Assembly: GCF_009914755.1 (NCBI RefSeq)
Contig: NC_060932.1
Source: the human T2T-CHM13v2.0 reference genome, Homo sapiens
Length of the DNA: 64,000 nt
Direction: 5' to 3' (one strand)
Shown here: piece by piece, positions 1-14,331 of the stretch
Layout of the letters: each line of letters begins with the position of its first letter
Numbering within the stretch: position 1 is the first letter of the stretch
Position numbers and translations under genes: made by a program
Notes under the pieces: model-generated
Databases searched by the model: none
Told to the model about the DNA's origin: nothing
What the model saw: only the letters and a program-made list of their open reading frames with translations

Positions 1-118
1 TTGTGAGGCAAGCGCTGAGCTGAGGGAAAGATTGTAACCATGTCCACCTTACCCTGGGAGAATGTGCTCATGTTACTGTTTGAGATGCTTCACTCTATCT
101 CATTTTCTGTTTCAAAAG

Positions 119-190
119 GAGATGATGGTGAAAAAGGAGATCCAGGAGAAGAGGGAAAGCATGGCAAAGTGGGACGCATGGGGCCGAAAG
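119..190 (+). CDS. COLEC10: COLEC10 coding exon 2 (collagen domain, 72 nt)
   Basis: tttcaaaAG|GA acceptor and AAG|GTaact donor. Reads (G)DDGEKGDPGEEGKHGKVGRMGPK(G), eight Gly-X-Y triplets matching the CL-L1 sequence as I recall it. Confidence 0.96.
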
Positions 191-1587
191 GTAACTAAAA
201 TGATGTGAAACTGACATTTTAATATCATAATTGTTCTTCTATCTCTCCTGGCCCTTGCCCTGGAAATTAGCAGCTTTCATAATGCCCTCTGCCCCAACAA
301 TGCCTGAAATATATTTCACACATGAATTAACTCGCCATCTGAATGCCCCTCTGAGATTACCTGTCAACAAGACTCTCATATGTTTCTCAAGTTGCATTCT
401 TTAGGGCTGGCTGGTGTGGGACACTGGGAGCCCCAGGGAAAAGCACTGTCTGAGAATATTTAAGAAACGATGTGTTATAGTGCTGTGTTCATAGCTGTGT
501 CTCCCTTCTAAAGCCACTGCTAAGCAGCATTTTTTTTTTAAGCTGGCATAGAGCTTAAGGAGGAAGATAAAAAGAAACAAAAAGGGCTACCTGATTCATT
601 GATCTATTCACCTTTCCCCAAGATCTCTTTATTTCTTTAATTCCCTCCTTTGTTATATACAAAAGAATAACACACTGGAGAAATGGTGGGGTACGGGAGG
701 AGTGGAATCAAAGATGAAGAGAGTAACACAGATATGATTAGGAAGTGTCTTCACTCACAAAGTTGGGAGTTGGCCTCACCAAAATATAACTTCTAGGTTG
801 TGATGTGTATGTGTGCACCTTCTGAACACTTGAAATATTTCTTGCCAACTGCTACAAGAGGGCTGCCCTAGACCACTTATTTTAAAATCTTGAATAGTTT
901 AAAAGAAAGAGAGACTCACAGACCTGTGAGACCTCAATTTGGGAAATGCTGACTTAAACCTATGTATACATATGCATGTCGATTACAAGATTATTCTTAC
1001 AAAATAAAGATTTTTAATTGGCAAATATTTTTTAGACTTTTATAAAAAGAAATAGCATTGGAAGAGCTCAGTGATTCCTAACCATAGTTTTTTGAATGAA
1101 AACTCAGCAGGACCATGTCTGATGTTTCTTTGATCATTAGGTTTTATGACTGCATGTTCCCCGCCCTGTTTTTAAGTGGCACAATTGTTAAATCTTGTTT
1201 TAAAAGAGAGAAGAAATAGAATTCCAGAAGGAAGACAAAATAGAGCTAAAGAAGAACAAAACCAGAATCGAGTCAAGAATACTTTCACCTGGCCCTTCTC
1301 TAACCTTTCTTTTAAACATCCTCTGCCATAGTCATTCTAGAAATACTACATCAGCAAGTATTTTAATATCATCATGTCCGTAGTATATATTCATACTCAC
1401 TCACATTTTAATTTTAATACATACATTATAAGTCTGTTAAACTAGACAATATAGCATGGGATATATATTAGATATCACTGGTAGAAGAATATACTTGTTG
1501 GTATTTCTTTCAAGTGAATATCACATTAGCCACATTTCAAGGGAAGATAAAACCTTATGATAAAAAGATAACATGTTTGCTTTTCAG

Positions 1588-1659
1588 GAATTAAAGGAGA
1601 ACTGGGTGATATGGGAGATCAGGGCAATATTGGCAAGACTGGGCCCATTGGGAAGAAGG
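1588..1659 (+). CDS. COLEC10: COLEC10 coding exon 3 (collagen domain, 72 nt)
   Basis: ttttcAG|GA acceptor and AAGG|GTaagt donor. Reads (G)IKGELGDMGDQGNIGKTGPIGKK(G). Confidence 0.96.
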
Positions 1660-1706
1660 GTAAGTTGCATCTTACTATTCTCCAGTAGCAATTCAAAGCA
1701 AATTGA

Positions 1707-2203
<497 letters not shown>

Positions 2204-2449
2204 TCACAGCTCAAAAAAAGAAATACCTAGAATAAAATGAAACAAGATGGCAGAAACAGAATCAAGCATCAAGGTCTGATAGTCTTTATGTTGAATTATC
2301 TCCTGGGATCTACTTGTTGGCTACAAATCCTTGCTATGATCAAAATGATACATGATTATTAATAAAATACAAAATAGGCAGAGGACAGTAAAATTTTCTT
2401 TTTTAATCTGAGTGGATTAACCAAAAATTCTGTGCCTATGATCTATTAA

Positions 2450-2811
<362 letters not shown>

Positions 2812-3063
2812 CTGATCTTATACATCATTAAAGCCTGAATATTAGAAAACAGAGATAGTCTCCTCTGTATTGTCTAAGCATTCCTTCCCTGTCCTCCTCT
2901 CAGAAAGCCCCACAATGGTAGCAGGTTCTAATTGCTCCTGATATTCAGTAATTTAAGCAAGCATTGTTTTACTTAGAGATACAAAACTGAATGAACATAA
3001 AATTTTATTGCAAGACATTCATAGACTATTCAGGAAGATAGAACTTTCTTAAAAAGAATTAGA

Positions 3064-3359
3064 GGCCGGATGCAGTGGCTCACACCTGTAATCCCAACAC
3101 TTTAGGGGGCTGAGATGGGTGGATCACCTGAGGTCAGGAGTTTGAGACAAGCCTGGCCAAGATAGCAAAACCCCATCTCTACTAAAAATACAAAAATTAA
3201 CTGGGTGTGGTGGTGCACGCCTGTAATCCCCACTACTGGGGAGGCTAAGGTACAAGAATCGCTTGAACCTGGGAGGCGGAGTTTGCATTGAGCCAAGATC
3301 ATGTCACTGCACTCCAGCTTGGGAGATAGAGTGAGATTCCATCTCAAAGAATAAAAAAA
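3064..3359 (+). mobile_element. Alu (AluS-like)
   Basis: Full dimer, TSD aaaaagaatta. Confidence 0.92.
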
Positions 3360-5860
3360 GAATTATAATACTGAATAACATGACTACTCCAGGACTCATG
3401 TTGGAGAGTAAGCAGCAAGACTGATATGCGAAAGAACAGACCTAGGTCTTGAAGAATAGTAACATTATGGAAATAGGCAAAAGGCACTAGAGAGAGATGC
3501 AAGAGATGCTTGTACAAAAAAGATTAGGGGAAGCTTAATCCCATGGGTAATATAATTTCTGTAGCCTTGATGTACCCTCCATCTTTTTGTAAATGCTTGA
3601 GCAGCTGCATAATTAAGCATGTGGCTCACTTGTCCAGCAGTATGTCCCTGCAGGCAGGTTGACAGACTGTGGTCTGAGCTTAGGCTGTGGCCTCTCTCTT
3701 CTCATCCTGTGGCTCAGTACTCCCTCTTTCTCCACTTTCCAACTCACTCATTTGAGAAATTCCCTTCAGCCTGCATTCGGAGGCAGGGATGAAGGGCAGT
3801 GCCACTGAAGAGAAATTGCTATGGGTGTCTCAGATCTGGTGGGTTATATTGTGTATTTCCTTGTGGTTGAAATCCTTAATAGCTGGGGAAGAGCAATATG
3901 AGCTTCCCATGGTTCAGAAGTCCTGCTGCAGTGTGTGTCTGTGATGGTTTTACCATGAAGAGTCCTCATGTGTTTCAGTCCTTCCCAAGATGCTGATAAA
4001 AGCCACAGCAATGGGTTCACATGGCCATATACCTCGATAAAATTTGTAAAGTAAGACAGATTCACCTCAAATGATTAAAATAGTGCTTCTTAACATTTTT
4101 TAAAGATACTACTCCCCTAACAAGGCTTTTAAGACATATTTCTTTTCTAATTGCCTTTCCCCATGAATTTTTAATACCACCCATGGATGATATATTTGTT
4201 TAGGTATTCTGTGTATGTTTGTGCTTTATATATTTTTAAAAGAGTACAATTCCACCTCCTAAAAACTAATTTGTGCGTCCTTAAGTGATATTTCCCCATT
4301 GAAAATGCACAGGTTAAGATTTCTCTCTCCTGCTCCAGTTTCCCTCAACATCCTTCTTGTACTGGGCAGTTTTGGAGTGGATACAAGAATCTTGGGAGCT
4401 AGCTAAGAGGAGCTTGAGGGAGAAACATTTAGTTTGGAGTTAATGAGATATCTTTATGTAATTTGATGTGACTTCCATGTATACTTATTGCTAGCAATTC
4501 CAATGCAGAAATAGTTTCCAAGAATACTCCTACCACTTACTATGTAGCTCTATCCAAAGCCAGGATGCAAAAGTGCTGAGTCAGAGGTCGGATCATCATA
4601 TCAATGAGTCCCGGGGCATCCAGCCCACGAAATGTGTGGGCTGTGGAAAAGAAGCAATGTTTGAAATATACAGGGCCAGAGCTAGTCTGTGGAAAAAAAA
4701 GTTTCCAAATCTAACAGCTTATATATGAAAACTACTTTATAGAGGTATAGTCTCAAAATTGACAATATTATTAATTTACATATAACACCAATAACAAGTT
4801 GTAATGGTGAAAGAAAAATCTGACACTACTACTAATAAAGACAAAATTCAGACTTCTGCTACAGGCCATGAGGATTTGCCTGTCTTACATTAATCCTTCT
4901 GCTAAGTACGACTAGCTGGGTCCAAAAAAATATTTAAATACATATCTGAAGGTATGACAGTGCAACCAAAATGAACAGAACTTTAGGGGCCATGATCTGG
5001 AGGAGAAGGGAATCATACTAAGGCAAGTGATGAATTCTGTACTACCTTCCTCCCAAGTCATCCACCAGTTCATAAGTGGGGCAGCCCTAAGTGGCTAAGA
5101 GGCTTGAGCAGAAAGTTGCTGAAACTGGATTGATATGCAAGGCCTGTCAAAGAGGAATGGCCCAGGAAATGCCCCCATATTCCCAGTTAGAACTCCAGAA
5201 ATACTACTCCAGAAAACACTTAATTAAACCTATACCTATTCATGTTTTTAAAAACTGTTAGCAAATTAGAAATAGAAGGAAACATAATTTGAAAAGGAAT
5301 ACCAACAACAACAAAAATCTACTTAAAAATGATACTCCATAATAAAATACTGAACACTTTATCTCCTGAGACTGGGAATGAAATTAGCACAGCCCTCTAT
5401 CAGCAATTCTAATCAACATTATGCATGAGGTTCTAATCACAGCAAAAAATGGAAGAAAAATAAAAATCATAATAATTGAAAATAAAGGAATATGAGCGTT
5501 ATTTGTGGAGAACATGATTGCATACCTAGTACAAAATAATCTATAGATAATCTATTTGTATTGATAAGTTTTTCAGATGGCTTGACATACAAAAATCAAT
5601 TTTGTTTCCACATAGAAACAATTTAAAAAGAGACCATTTATAATAGTGTCAAAATAAGTAAATATGTAAAAATAAATCCAACAAAAGTTATAAGCCCTCC
5701 ACAATAAACTACACATAATGGACAAGAAATTAAAGAATATCTAAGGTAATGAAGGTAAAACTATGTTACTGGGTTGAGAGACTCAATATTGTTAATATGC
5801 CAGTTCTTTCCCAGATTGATCCATCGACTCAATGCTACCTCAGTCAAAATCCCAGAAGTG

Positions 5861-6171
<311 letters not shown>

Positions 6172-6749
6172 AAATCCCAGAAGTGTTCTTTTAGAAATTG
6201 ATAAGCCAATTCAAAATATATGTGTAAATGAAAATGACCAAAAATACCCAAGACAATTTTGAAAAAATGAAAAATAAAACAAAGGTAGAAGACTTAAATT
6301 ACTGAGTTTGAGTTTATACATTTATTAGGAAACTAAACCATTAGAATAGTGTAATTTCATGAAGAGATAGACAAATGAATTAAGGGAAGAGTCCAGAAAC
6401 ACACTACCAAACTTGATTTATGCAAAGTTGACACTATTTTGTAATAGAATTCACAAGCTAATCAATATATAGTACTGAGTTATTGGCTATTCATGTATAA
6501 AAATAATAATCTCGATCCCATACTTAACACTGTACCTAAAATCAATGGTTTATAGATCTAAATTTGGTGGTAAACCCAAATCTGAGAGACCTAAATTTGA
6601 AAGGTGAAGCAATAATGCCTCTGGAAGTTAATATAGAAGTCTATATTTTTGATCCTAGGGTAGCCAACACGTTTTTAAACAGGATATGACAAAGACTAAC
6701 CATGTAAGAAAAACTAACAAATTGAAGTCTATCAAAATAAAGAACTTCT

Positions 6750-7113
<364 letters not shown>

Positions 7114-9789
7114 CTATGTGCTACCTTTGTATTCAATAAAGGGCTTACATGTAAAACATATAAAGAGATTATACAAATCACTAAGAAAAATAACTGATAA
7201 CCCAAAGAAATAAAAAAGGTCAAAAGAATAGTCACTTAACAAAAGAACATATTTGACTAAACTATGATAGTACTGCATACTAACCAAAATGGCTAAAATA
7301 AAAATGACTGACAATATCTAGTGTTGGTAAGGATGCAGAACAACTGAAACTCTTATACTTTGCTTCACTATACCATGGAAATAAATATACTATCTCAATA
7401 TGCAAAAAATGAATGAATATATGGACACAGTATTGGGGAAAATATTCTATACAGAAAAAAACTATATGCCAAATGGTTCTATTTATAGAAATTTCAACAA
7501 CATGAAAAATTTATAGCTTGAAAACTTGTAACACAGTTCTAAGTCAGTATGGTGATCTTTAGAAAGGAGGGCTGTAATAATCTGTAGATGACACAAAAGT
7601 GGCTTCTTGAGGATCTAGGTATTGTTTACACAGGTATTTTATTCTGTAAAAAGTCATCAAGCTGAATCTTTGTGTTGACAAACTTTTCTTTGTGTTTTTT
7701 TTTCAGTAAGCAAAGTTTAATAAAATAATTTTTGGTTAACTGTGCTAAGCGAAAGAGTATTATCTGACTACGTTATCCCTCTATCATTCTTAAAAATGAT
7801 ATTAGAAATTTGTGGACAGATAAAACAGCAATATGAATGCAGCCAAACATACATAGCTAATTATTATGAAAAAAAGCACTTTCAAGGCACAATAATTCAT
7901 TCATTGACGAAAATATTATAATGTTTAGTGAATTTTGTAATGTGCAATTGACCTACTTTTAAAATTTAGTGATTTGTTTTTATTTCTTATGATACATATT
8001 CATTTTTACAACCACTTTTCCATTTTTAATTTTGTATCTTTTTTTAAAGAAGTCCCTTCAAACTGTATAAGCTTCAGATAAAATGCATCATGGATCTGTC
8101 CCTATCTGTATCAACTTCGTTAAACCACTGGTTAAAGACAGAAAGGTATAGCAGGAAAGTGGGATGTTGGACTTCAAAATTTCTGAGATGCAGCTATGCT
8201 AAATGTGATTAAGATCTCATGTATTGCTCGTATTGCTCTGCAGAGGTAGCAGAAGTGGAGGGAGAGGGTAAGTCGCTGCCATGAATAAGTCCAGAATTGA
8301 AGAACTTTTTTTTTTTAGATAAGTAACATTTTTTAATTGCAGTGAAACATACACAACATAACCTTAGCCATCTTAACTATTTTTAAGTGTACAGTTCAAT
8401 GGCACTAAGTACTTTCACATTGCTGTGCAAATATCACCTCCCTCCACCTCCAGAACTCTTTTCAACTTCCAGAACTGAAGCTCTGTACCCAGTAAACAAT
8501 AACTCCCCAGATTAAAGTTATTGTTTCTTAGGCTATATTTTTGAGAGCAGTGAACTTCATTTTTTAATGGTCATTCTAGATTTTGCACTTCCCTAGATTT
8601 AGATGTGTAAGTCTTGATGGGATACCATCTAGAAGAGTTAAAGCTAAGGATCTTAAGCACAGTCTTAACCCTTGAATAAAATAAGACTATGTAAGGTGGG
8701 AGCATAGTAGATGACGAAGACAAGAAAGGCTCAAGAGTTTTTAGTACGATTAGCTGAGCCCCAAAGTGGATGAACTTCCAGAGATGTTGAAAAAGTACCA
8801 GTCTTGAAATGATAGGATTAACTAACCTTATTTCCTTCATGCTAATTCCTCCTTTAAGGCTCAGGTACATAGCACCTAATACATACCTGTATCACTGTAC
8901 TCACTGTCATATCTGATTAGCTTATCTGTTTCCCCTCATAGACCTGAACTTCTTGGGAGAACAAATGAATGAAAGGTTCACTGGATTTGTTTGTTTAAAT
9001 AAAATAAGCTCTGTTGGGACCCTAGTATTTAACCATTTTATCTTAATGCCTATTATATATTATAGACACTTGCTAGATGTTTGTTGCATTAAACATGAAA
9101 AACTGCATAATAAAACATATTATTTCTTACAACTTGTTTCTCTTTACTACTCCATATTCCTATAAGTACCACTTTTCCTTAATATCAATTTCCACCATTA
9201 GCTATTAAGATTTTCTTCCTCTCCAGAGATATGCCATCAAATTTATGAGCATGTCCTGGAATCTTTTTAAATGGAGATGCAATGTTCCGTCTCACTCGGA
9301 TTAATTTCATTTTTAATCTGTACTTTGAAATTTATTGTCCTCATTTTGGTGATTGTCTTTCTGAATATTTTACTGACTCAGATTAATCTCAACTTTCTAG
9401 GCTGGCCTTAATGTTGTCACTTGCATGGATAGGGTAGCTTCCTGGATGTCAATATTTCATTTTAGGAATAAGAAATAATAGTGATTTAGTATAGGTAAAT
9501 TCCATCTCATAGCAAAATAAATGTTTTTATTTAAGGTCAATAATCCATTTACGCTGAAAGCATTATGATTTTTTTGTTTGTTTGTTTGAATGTGACCTCT
9601 AATTCAACTTTTAGACAGTTATTACAGACATGTTCCCACTCATTGGCCAAAATCAGTTTTTGTGGATGACTTTAAATCATAATTTGTTTTGGGGAAATAG
9701 ACATTGTAAGCTCAAATCTTCCATAAGCTGGCTAAGTACTTGGCATGCATTCCTTTACCATAACTCAGATTCAGGAAACAGAAGTTAAC

Positions 9790-10020
9790 ATTGGTTGAGC
9801 ATTCTATGTGAGTCAAGCCCAGTGCTGATCCGATTATAAGAAAATATTACTATACCTAATTTATTCTCCTTAATGATCTCATAATTTTAGGTACTAATTA
9901 TTTCTACTTTTAAGATAAAGAAAAGGAGGCTTAGAGAAATTAAGTAACCTGTCCATGTGTAGCCAGTAAGTGGCAAAGCCAGGATTCAAACCCTGGTTTT
10001 GGGGAGCTTTCATCATCTTT
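9790..10020 (-). mobile_element. MIR fragment
   Basis: MIR core-like gaggcttagagaaattaagtaacctgtcca...agtaagtggcaaagccaggattcaaaccc. Confidence 0.6.
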
Positions 10021-12645
10021 CATTGCACCACACTGCTTTGGTGTTCCCATTTGTCATGAAATGAAAAGAATTCATGTCAAAATACTGAAAACTAGTCACA
10101 GAGTTTATGTCTTCTCAGAAAAAAAGACCACATAGCAATTCAAGAAACTGTTTTCTATATTATTAAGTTCTAGCTAAGGGCTACTGCTTCAGTGAAGCCT
10201 TCTCCACTCTGATCCACACCATCTTTTCTTTTTCTGAATTTCTACCAGGCTTTTCATTTGCTTCCCTCTGTTAGTACATGATAGTATCTCATCTCTTTGT
10301 TCTCTTATGTGTGTTTTGCTTTCCTTAAAAGCCCGTCATTTTCCCAAGGCACTTGATTTATGCTTCTTTTATGTCCATTTTAAAGCTTAGCCCAGAACTA
10401 GGATCATAGCATAACTGGAATCAACGTTCCATCTGTGTTGAATTAAAAGGGATTCACATGCAAAGAAAATATAATGTTTTAAAAAATCAAAACATTAAAC
10501 CCATAATCATACAATCTTTTAAGTGCATAATGTTTTTGATGGTGATGAGGACTGCTATTCTTTGCAAATTTTGATAACATTTTTCAAACACCTTGCTTTT
10601 TTTCATTAAACCATTGGTTAACTCACTGGGAAGCACCATGAAAGGGGGGTTAGAAATGGTTGGGCTGGAATATCAGCACTGCCATTTAATGGCTAGATGT
10701 CCTCGAGCAAGTTATTTTGCCTCTCTGATCCTCAATTTCTTCAAGTTGTAGGATAAAGATAATTATAACACTTAGTTCATGAGATTTAATGTGATAATAT
10801 GTGTAAGGTATCCCGAATAGTACTTGGTGATTGACTGGTACTTAGTAAAATGTATATTCCCTTTCTTCCATGAATATCTCAAAATCTATTCTTATTTTTT
10901 CCAACTTACAGGTAAGAGAAATAAGGAATTTGCAGGATATAACTAAGGTGTGAGCAGATTGATATTACTGAGCAGGGTGCTCGACATATGCTCATGCCTT
11001 TATCCCAACTATATCCTCTGCTGTACCTTGAACCTGACCTTGTGCCCACTTTCATTCAGTTGCTGAAGCTTTTCATAGCGAAGCTCAAATGCTAAACTTT
11101 CCTTTACCCTTCCACTTGAAGCACTATCTCTTCTGCCTTCCTCTCAGACTATGTTATCTCTCTGTTCAATGTCTCTCTCACAACATGTATCACGTTCCAT
11201 TGGTATAGATTTCACCGTTGTCTCATTTCATCCAAGTACAAGTTCCAAGCCTTCCTCCTGCACATGTAAACTGTATTCTGGACTTCAAGGACCCCCACCT
11301 TCTGTTTGGGGAGCACGTGAATGACTGGCATCAACTCTAAAGAAATGTGTCCACATGGCTCAGTTTAGAAAGGCTCAACAAATCCTTGGGGCCCCAGCAG
11401 GCATGCCTTCTTCTGAATGATCAAAAGTAACTATGTAAGGAACTTTTAAAGAAACACATCAGACAATGATGAGAAAAGCCAATGGGTGTCCTCAGCGCAT
11501 GCAACATGGGGCGCCCTACAGGTTTTAGAGTGGCTTCCACTTTTTCTCTGTTGCTGGTGAACGGTGAGGCTTGGCAGAACCTTAATACCAACTCCATTCC
11601 CTTTTGCATTGTCCCCTTGGGCCGTATAACTAATTCTCTGACCACACCACATTCCTGTGAGGGTAAGCTCCATATACCTAGCCTAGGTGACCTTCATCCT
11701 GCATTCATCCCTCGTGAGTTCTTTTTCTTTTTTTCCAGATCACTATTGAAGCATAAACTCTATTTTAATCTGTCAGGGTCTTCCCTTTTGATTCTCAAGA
11801 ACCTCAGCCAAACATTTCTTCCTGAAAATCAAAAGCTTTTGCTTTCAATTATTGTGTCTGATGTGGGCTTCAAGAGCTTATTTTGAAGTTGAAAAAAAAT
11901 TAACGTGTTTTATTCTTTCTCTCTGCTTTAAAAATCCTGCTTCTCTGAGAATTATTTTGTGGATACCTGTGAGTGAGAAAATGGTTACATATAAAGAAGT
12001 ACAGAGAGGGAAAGTACCAAGGTTGCTATTTCAGTATAATATATTTGACATGACTTTGTATTATTAGTATTTGCATACATCACTTCACTTCTAAAAATTG
12101 TAAACTCCTTCAAGTCATAGGTTGAATCTTATGTTTCTGTATATCCTTTCAAAGCACCCAGCCTTTTGGTTTTCATAGAGTAAGCAAATAGTAAATATTT
12201 GTCTAATTAAGTTGAAAAAGCACAATACATGTGTTTTTTTGTTTTGTTTTGTTTTGTTTTGGAAATCCAAGGGCAAAGCCACTTGGAATAACTTGGGGCA
12301 TAATAAGTACAAAGACACTACAGTGTGCTAACAAATTGATCGAGATTCACATAACAATGGTAGTTTTAAAATTGAAAACATGCTGAGAATTGTATTAGCC
12401 TTGTTCAGAAGGCCATGTTATTAAAAAAAATGTTAATAGGACAGGTTACACAAATTCAAATTCTTCTTACAAACCCTGCTGGAATTCTATATTCAATCTA
12501 AATAAATTATGACTCATTTAATTAGTTGCACCTGTGTAGCCAATTGAAAATCACATTATTTATAAAAACCAAGAGATATTAGAGATACTAGCTGTAGATA
12601 TTGCAAATACAATTTAAACTGCTTTGACTCTAGATGTAAATTCAC

Positions 12646-12783
12646 TCCTTCCTCCCTCCCTCCCTCCCTCCCTCCCTCCTTCCTTCTTTTCCTTCCTTCA
12701 TTCCCTTCCTTCCTTCCTTCCTTTTTTCCTTTCTTCTTTTATTTTAATTTTATTTTATTTTGGTTGCTATTGTTTTTTTTCAG
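12646..12783 (+). repeat. (CCCT)n/(CCTT)n polypyrimidine tract upstream of exon 4
   Basis: Directly visible. Merges into the exon-4 acceptor. Confidence 0.9.
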
Positions 12784-12837
12784 GTGACAAAGGGGAAAAA
12801 GGTTTGCTTGGAATACCTGGAGAAAAAGGCAAAGCAG
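12784..12837 (+). CDS. COLEC10: COLEC10 coding exon 4 (collagen domain, 54 nt)
   Basis: Long pyrimidine tract ending tttcAG|GT, donor CAG|GTacga. Reads (G)DKGEKGLLGIPGEKGKA(G), visible inside the ORF-track ORF 12624..13400. Confidence 0.96.
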
Positions 12838-14235
12838 GTACGATATGTTCAATGTTCTCTTTGATTTCTAGCATGATTCCAAGTTTATTCATCTCAAAAA
12901 TAAATATATTTCAAATGAAAAGCAAGAGTCCTTTTAGTATGCTTAACCTTATTTTCCTCAGGCTAGAAGAAAGGGAAGAAGGGGACTTTCCTGTCTCCCT
13001 GCTGGTGACTTTCCAAGCCTTGGGGACAGGGATGATGACACGTTTCATCCCTGCCATGCTTACTATGAGAAGAAAGCCCAGCCCATCAGGAAGCAGCCTA
13101 ATTCTTCTGGGCCAAGAGAAAACTCTGGCAGTAAGCCCTGCCTCAGCATGCCATGCCTTGCCTTTCACTAGCATCTCAACCAAATACTGGCCATCAGAGT
13201 GCAGCAGCAGCCTGACCAGATGCAGACAGGCCCCTGGTTACAGTACATGCTTTCCATGGCCACGGAGATTCTCTAGGGTTATTGTCCTGGAGCTTTATTC
13301 CCAGTGCTTTACACAGGGAAAGAAAGTAGATTGTACTTTGGTAATTTCAATTGTTTCTATCCACAGAGGTATGGTGAAGACAATTCTAAGAACTTTTTGA
13401 CATTCTTCATATTTCATATGAATATGGATACATAAGGCCATAGATTTTTTTCCTTTGGCTAATAAAATTATTTTTAATTTTCAAGCTACCAAAGGAAAAA
13501 AATTGAAATGTTTGTGTATAACAGCCATTAAATAGAAAAAGAGAATCATTTGAATTTTACATCGGTTTCCTTGTAATTCCCTCTCTGTCACAGCAATATT
13601 TGCAGGTTGTTGAAAAGTTAGGTGAGCAAAGAAGAATGAAAGACACATTAAAATCATAGTTAATCCACAAACTGGGCAACTGGCTTTTACAAACTTCAGT
13701 TGAATCTATTTATATGATTCAAACTTTGTCCTTGAAACATGCAAGCTGTATTTTAAATGGATAATTAGAATTAACATTTGATTTAATCATGAAAAGTTTC
13801 TTCTGTCTTAGAAAAACTGTGTCATCTATTGAATAATGCAATAACACAAGAGAACACTGGCAGGAAATATGTTTCAAGAAAGCTGTAAAAATTTTATTCT
13901 GAGATTGGGCAGACACATTCTGTGTTCAACAAAAAAAAAATGCCAAATGGTCCAAAATGTGTATGCAGTGGTTGTCATATATATTCTTCTTTTTAATAAT
14001 CTAGTTTAGAATTGTCTTATAGTTCATTCAAAACATTTACAAGATATTTTCTGAAATTCTATAAATAATGTAAATTGGAAACCTTATTTTAAATAAAAGA
14101 TTTAAAGTATAGCCATTCACAGATATATAGAACCAGACTAGAAAAAGATAGTGAATATTGGAAAGAGAGCAAATGTTCCTTTCCACTGGTCTGCAGGTAC
14201 TTCAACATGAATTCACAGTTTTTGTCATTTAAAAG

Positions 14236-14331
14236 GTACTGTCTGTGATTGTGGAAGATACCGGAAATTTGTTGGACAACTGGATATTAGTATTGCTCGG
14301 CTCAAGACATCTATGAAGTTTGTCAAGAATG
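14236..14331 (+). CDS. COLEC10: COLEC10 coding exon 5 (neck/coiled coil, 96 nt)
   Basis: tttaaaAG|GT acceptor and AATG|GTgag donor. Reads (G)TVCDCGRYRKFVGQLDISIARLKTSMKFVKN(V). Confidence 0.95.

Noticed and set aside
12624-12783. N-terminal part of the 258-aa ORF as a stand-alone gene start
   Set aside because: Starts at TTG and is open only because the pyrimidine repeat contains no stop codons. It is the intron 3 acceptor tract.
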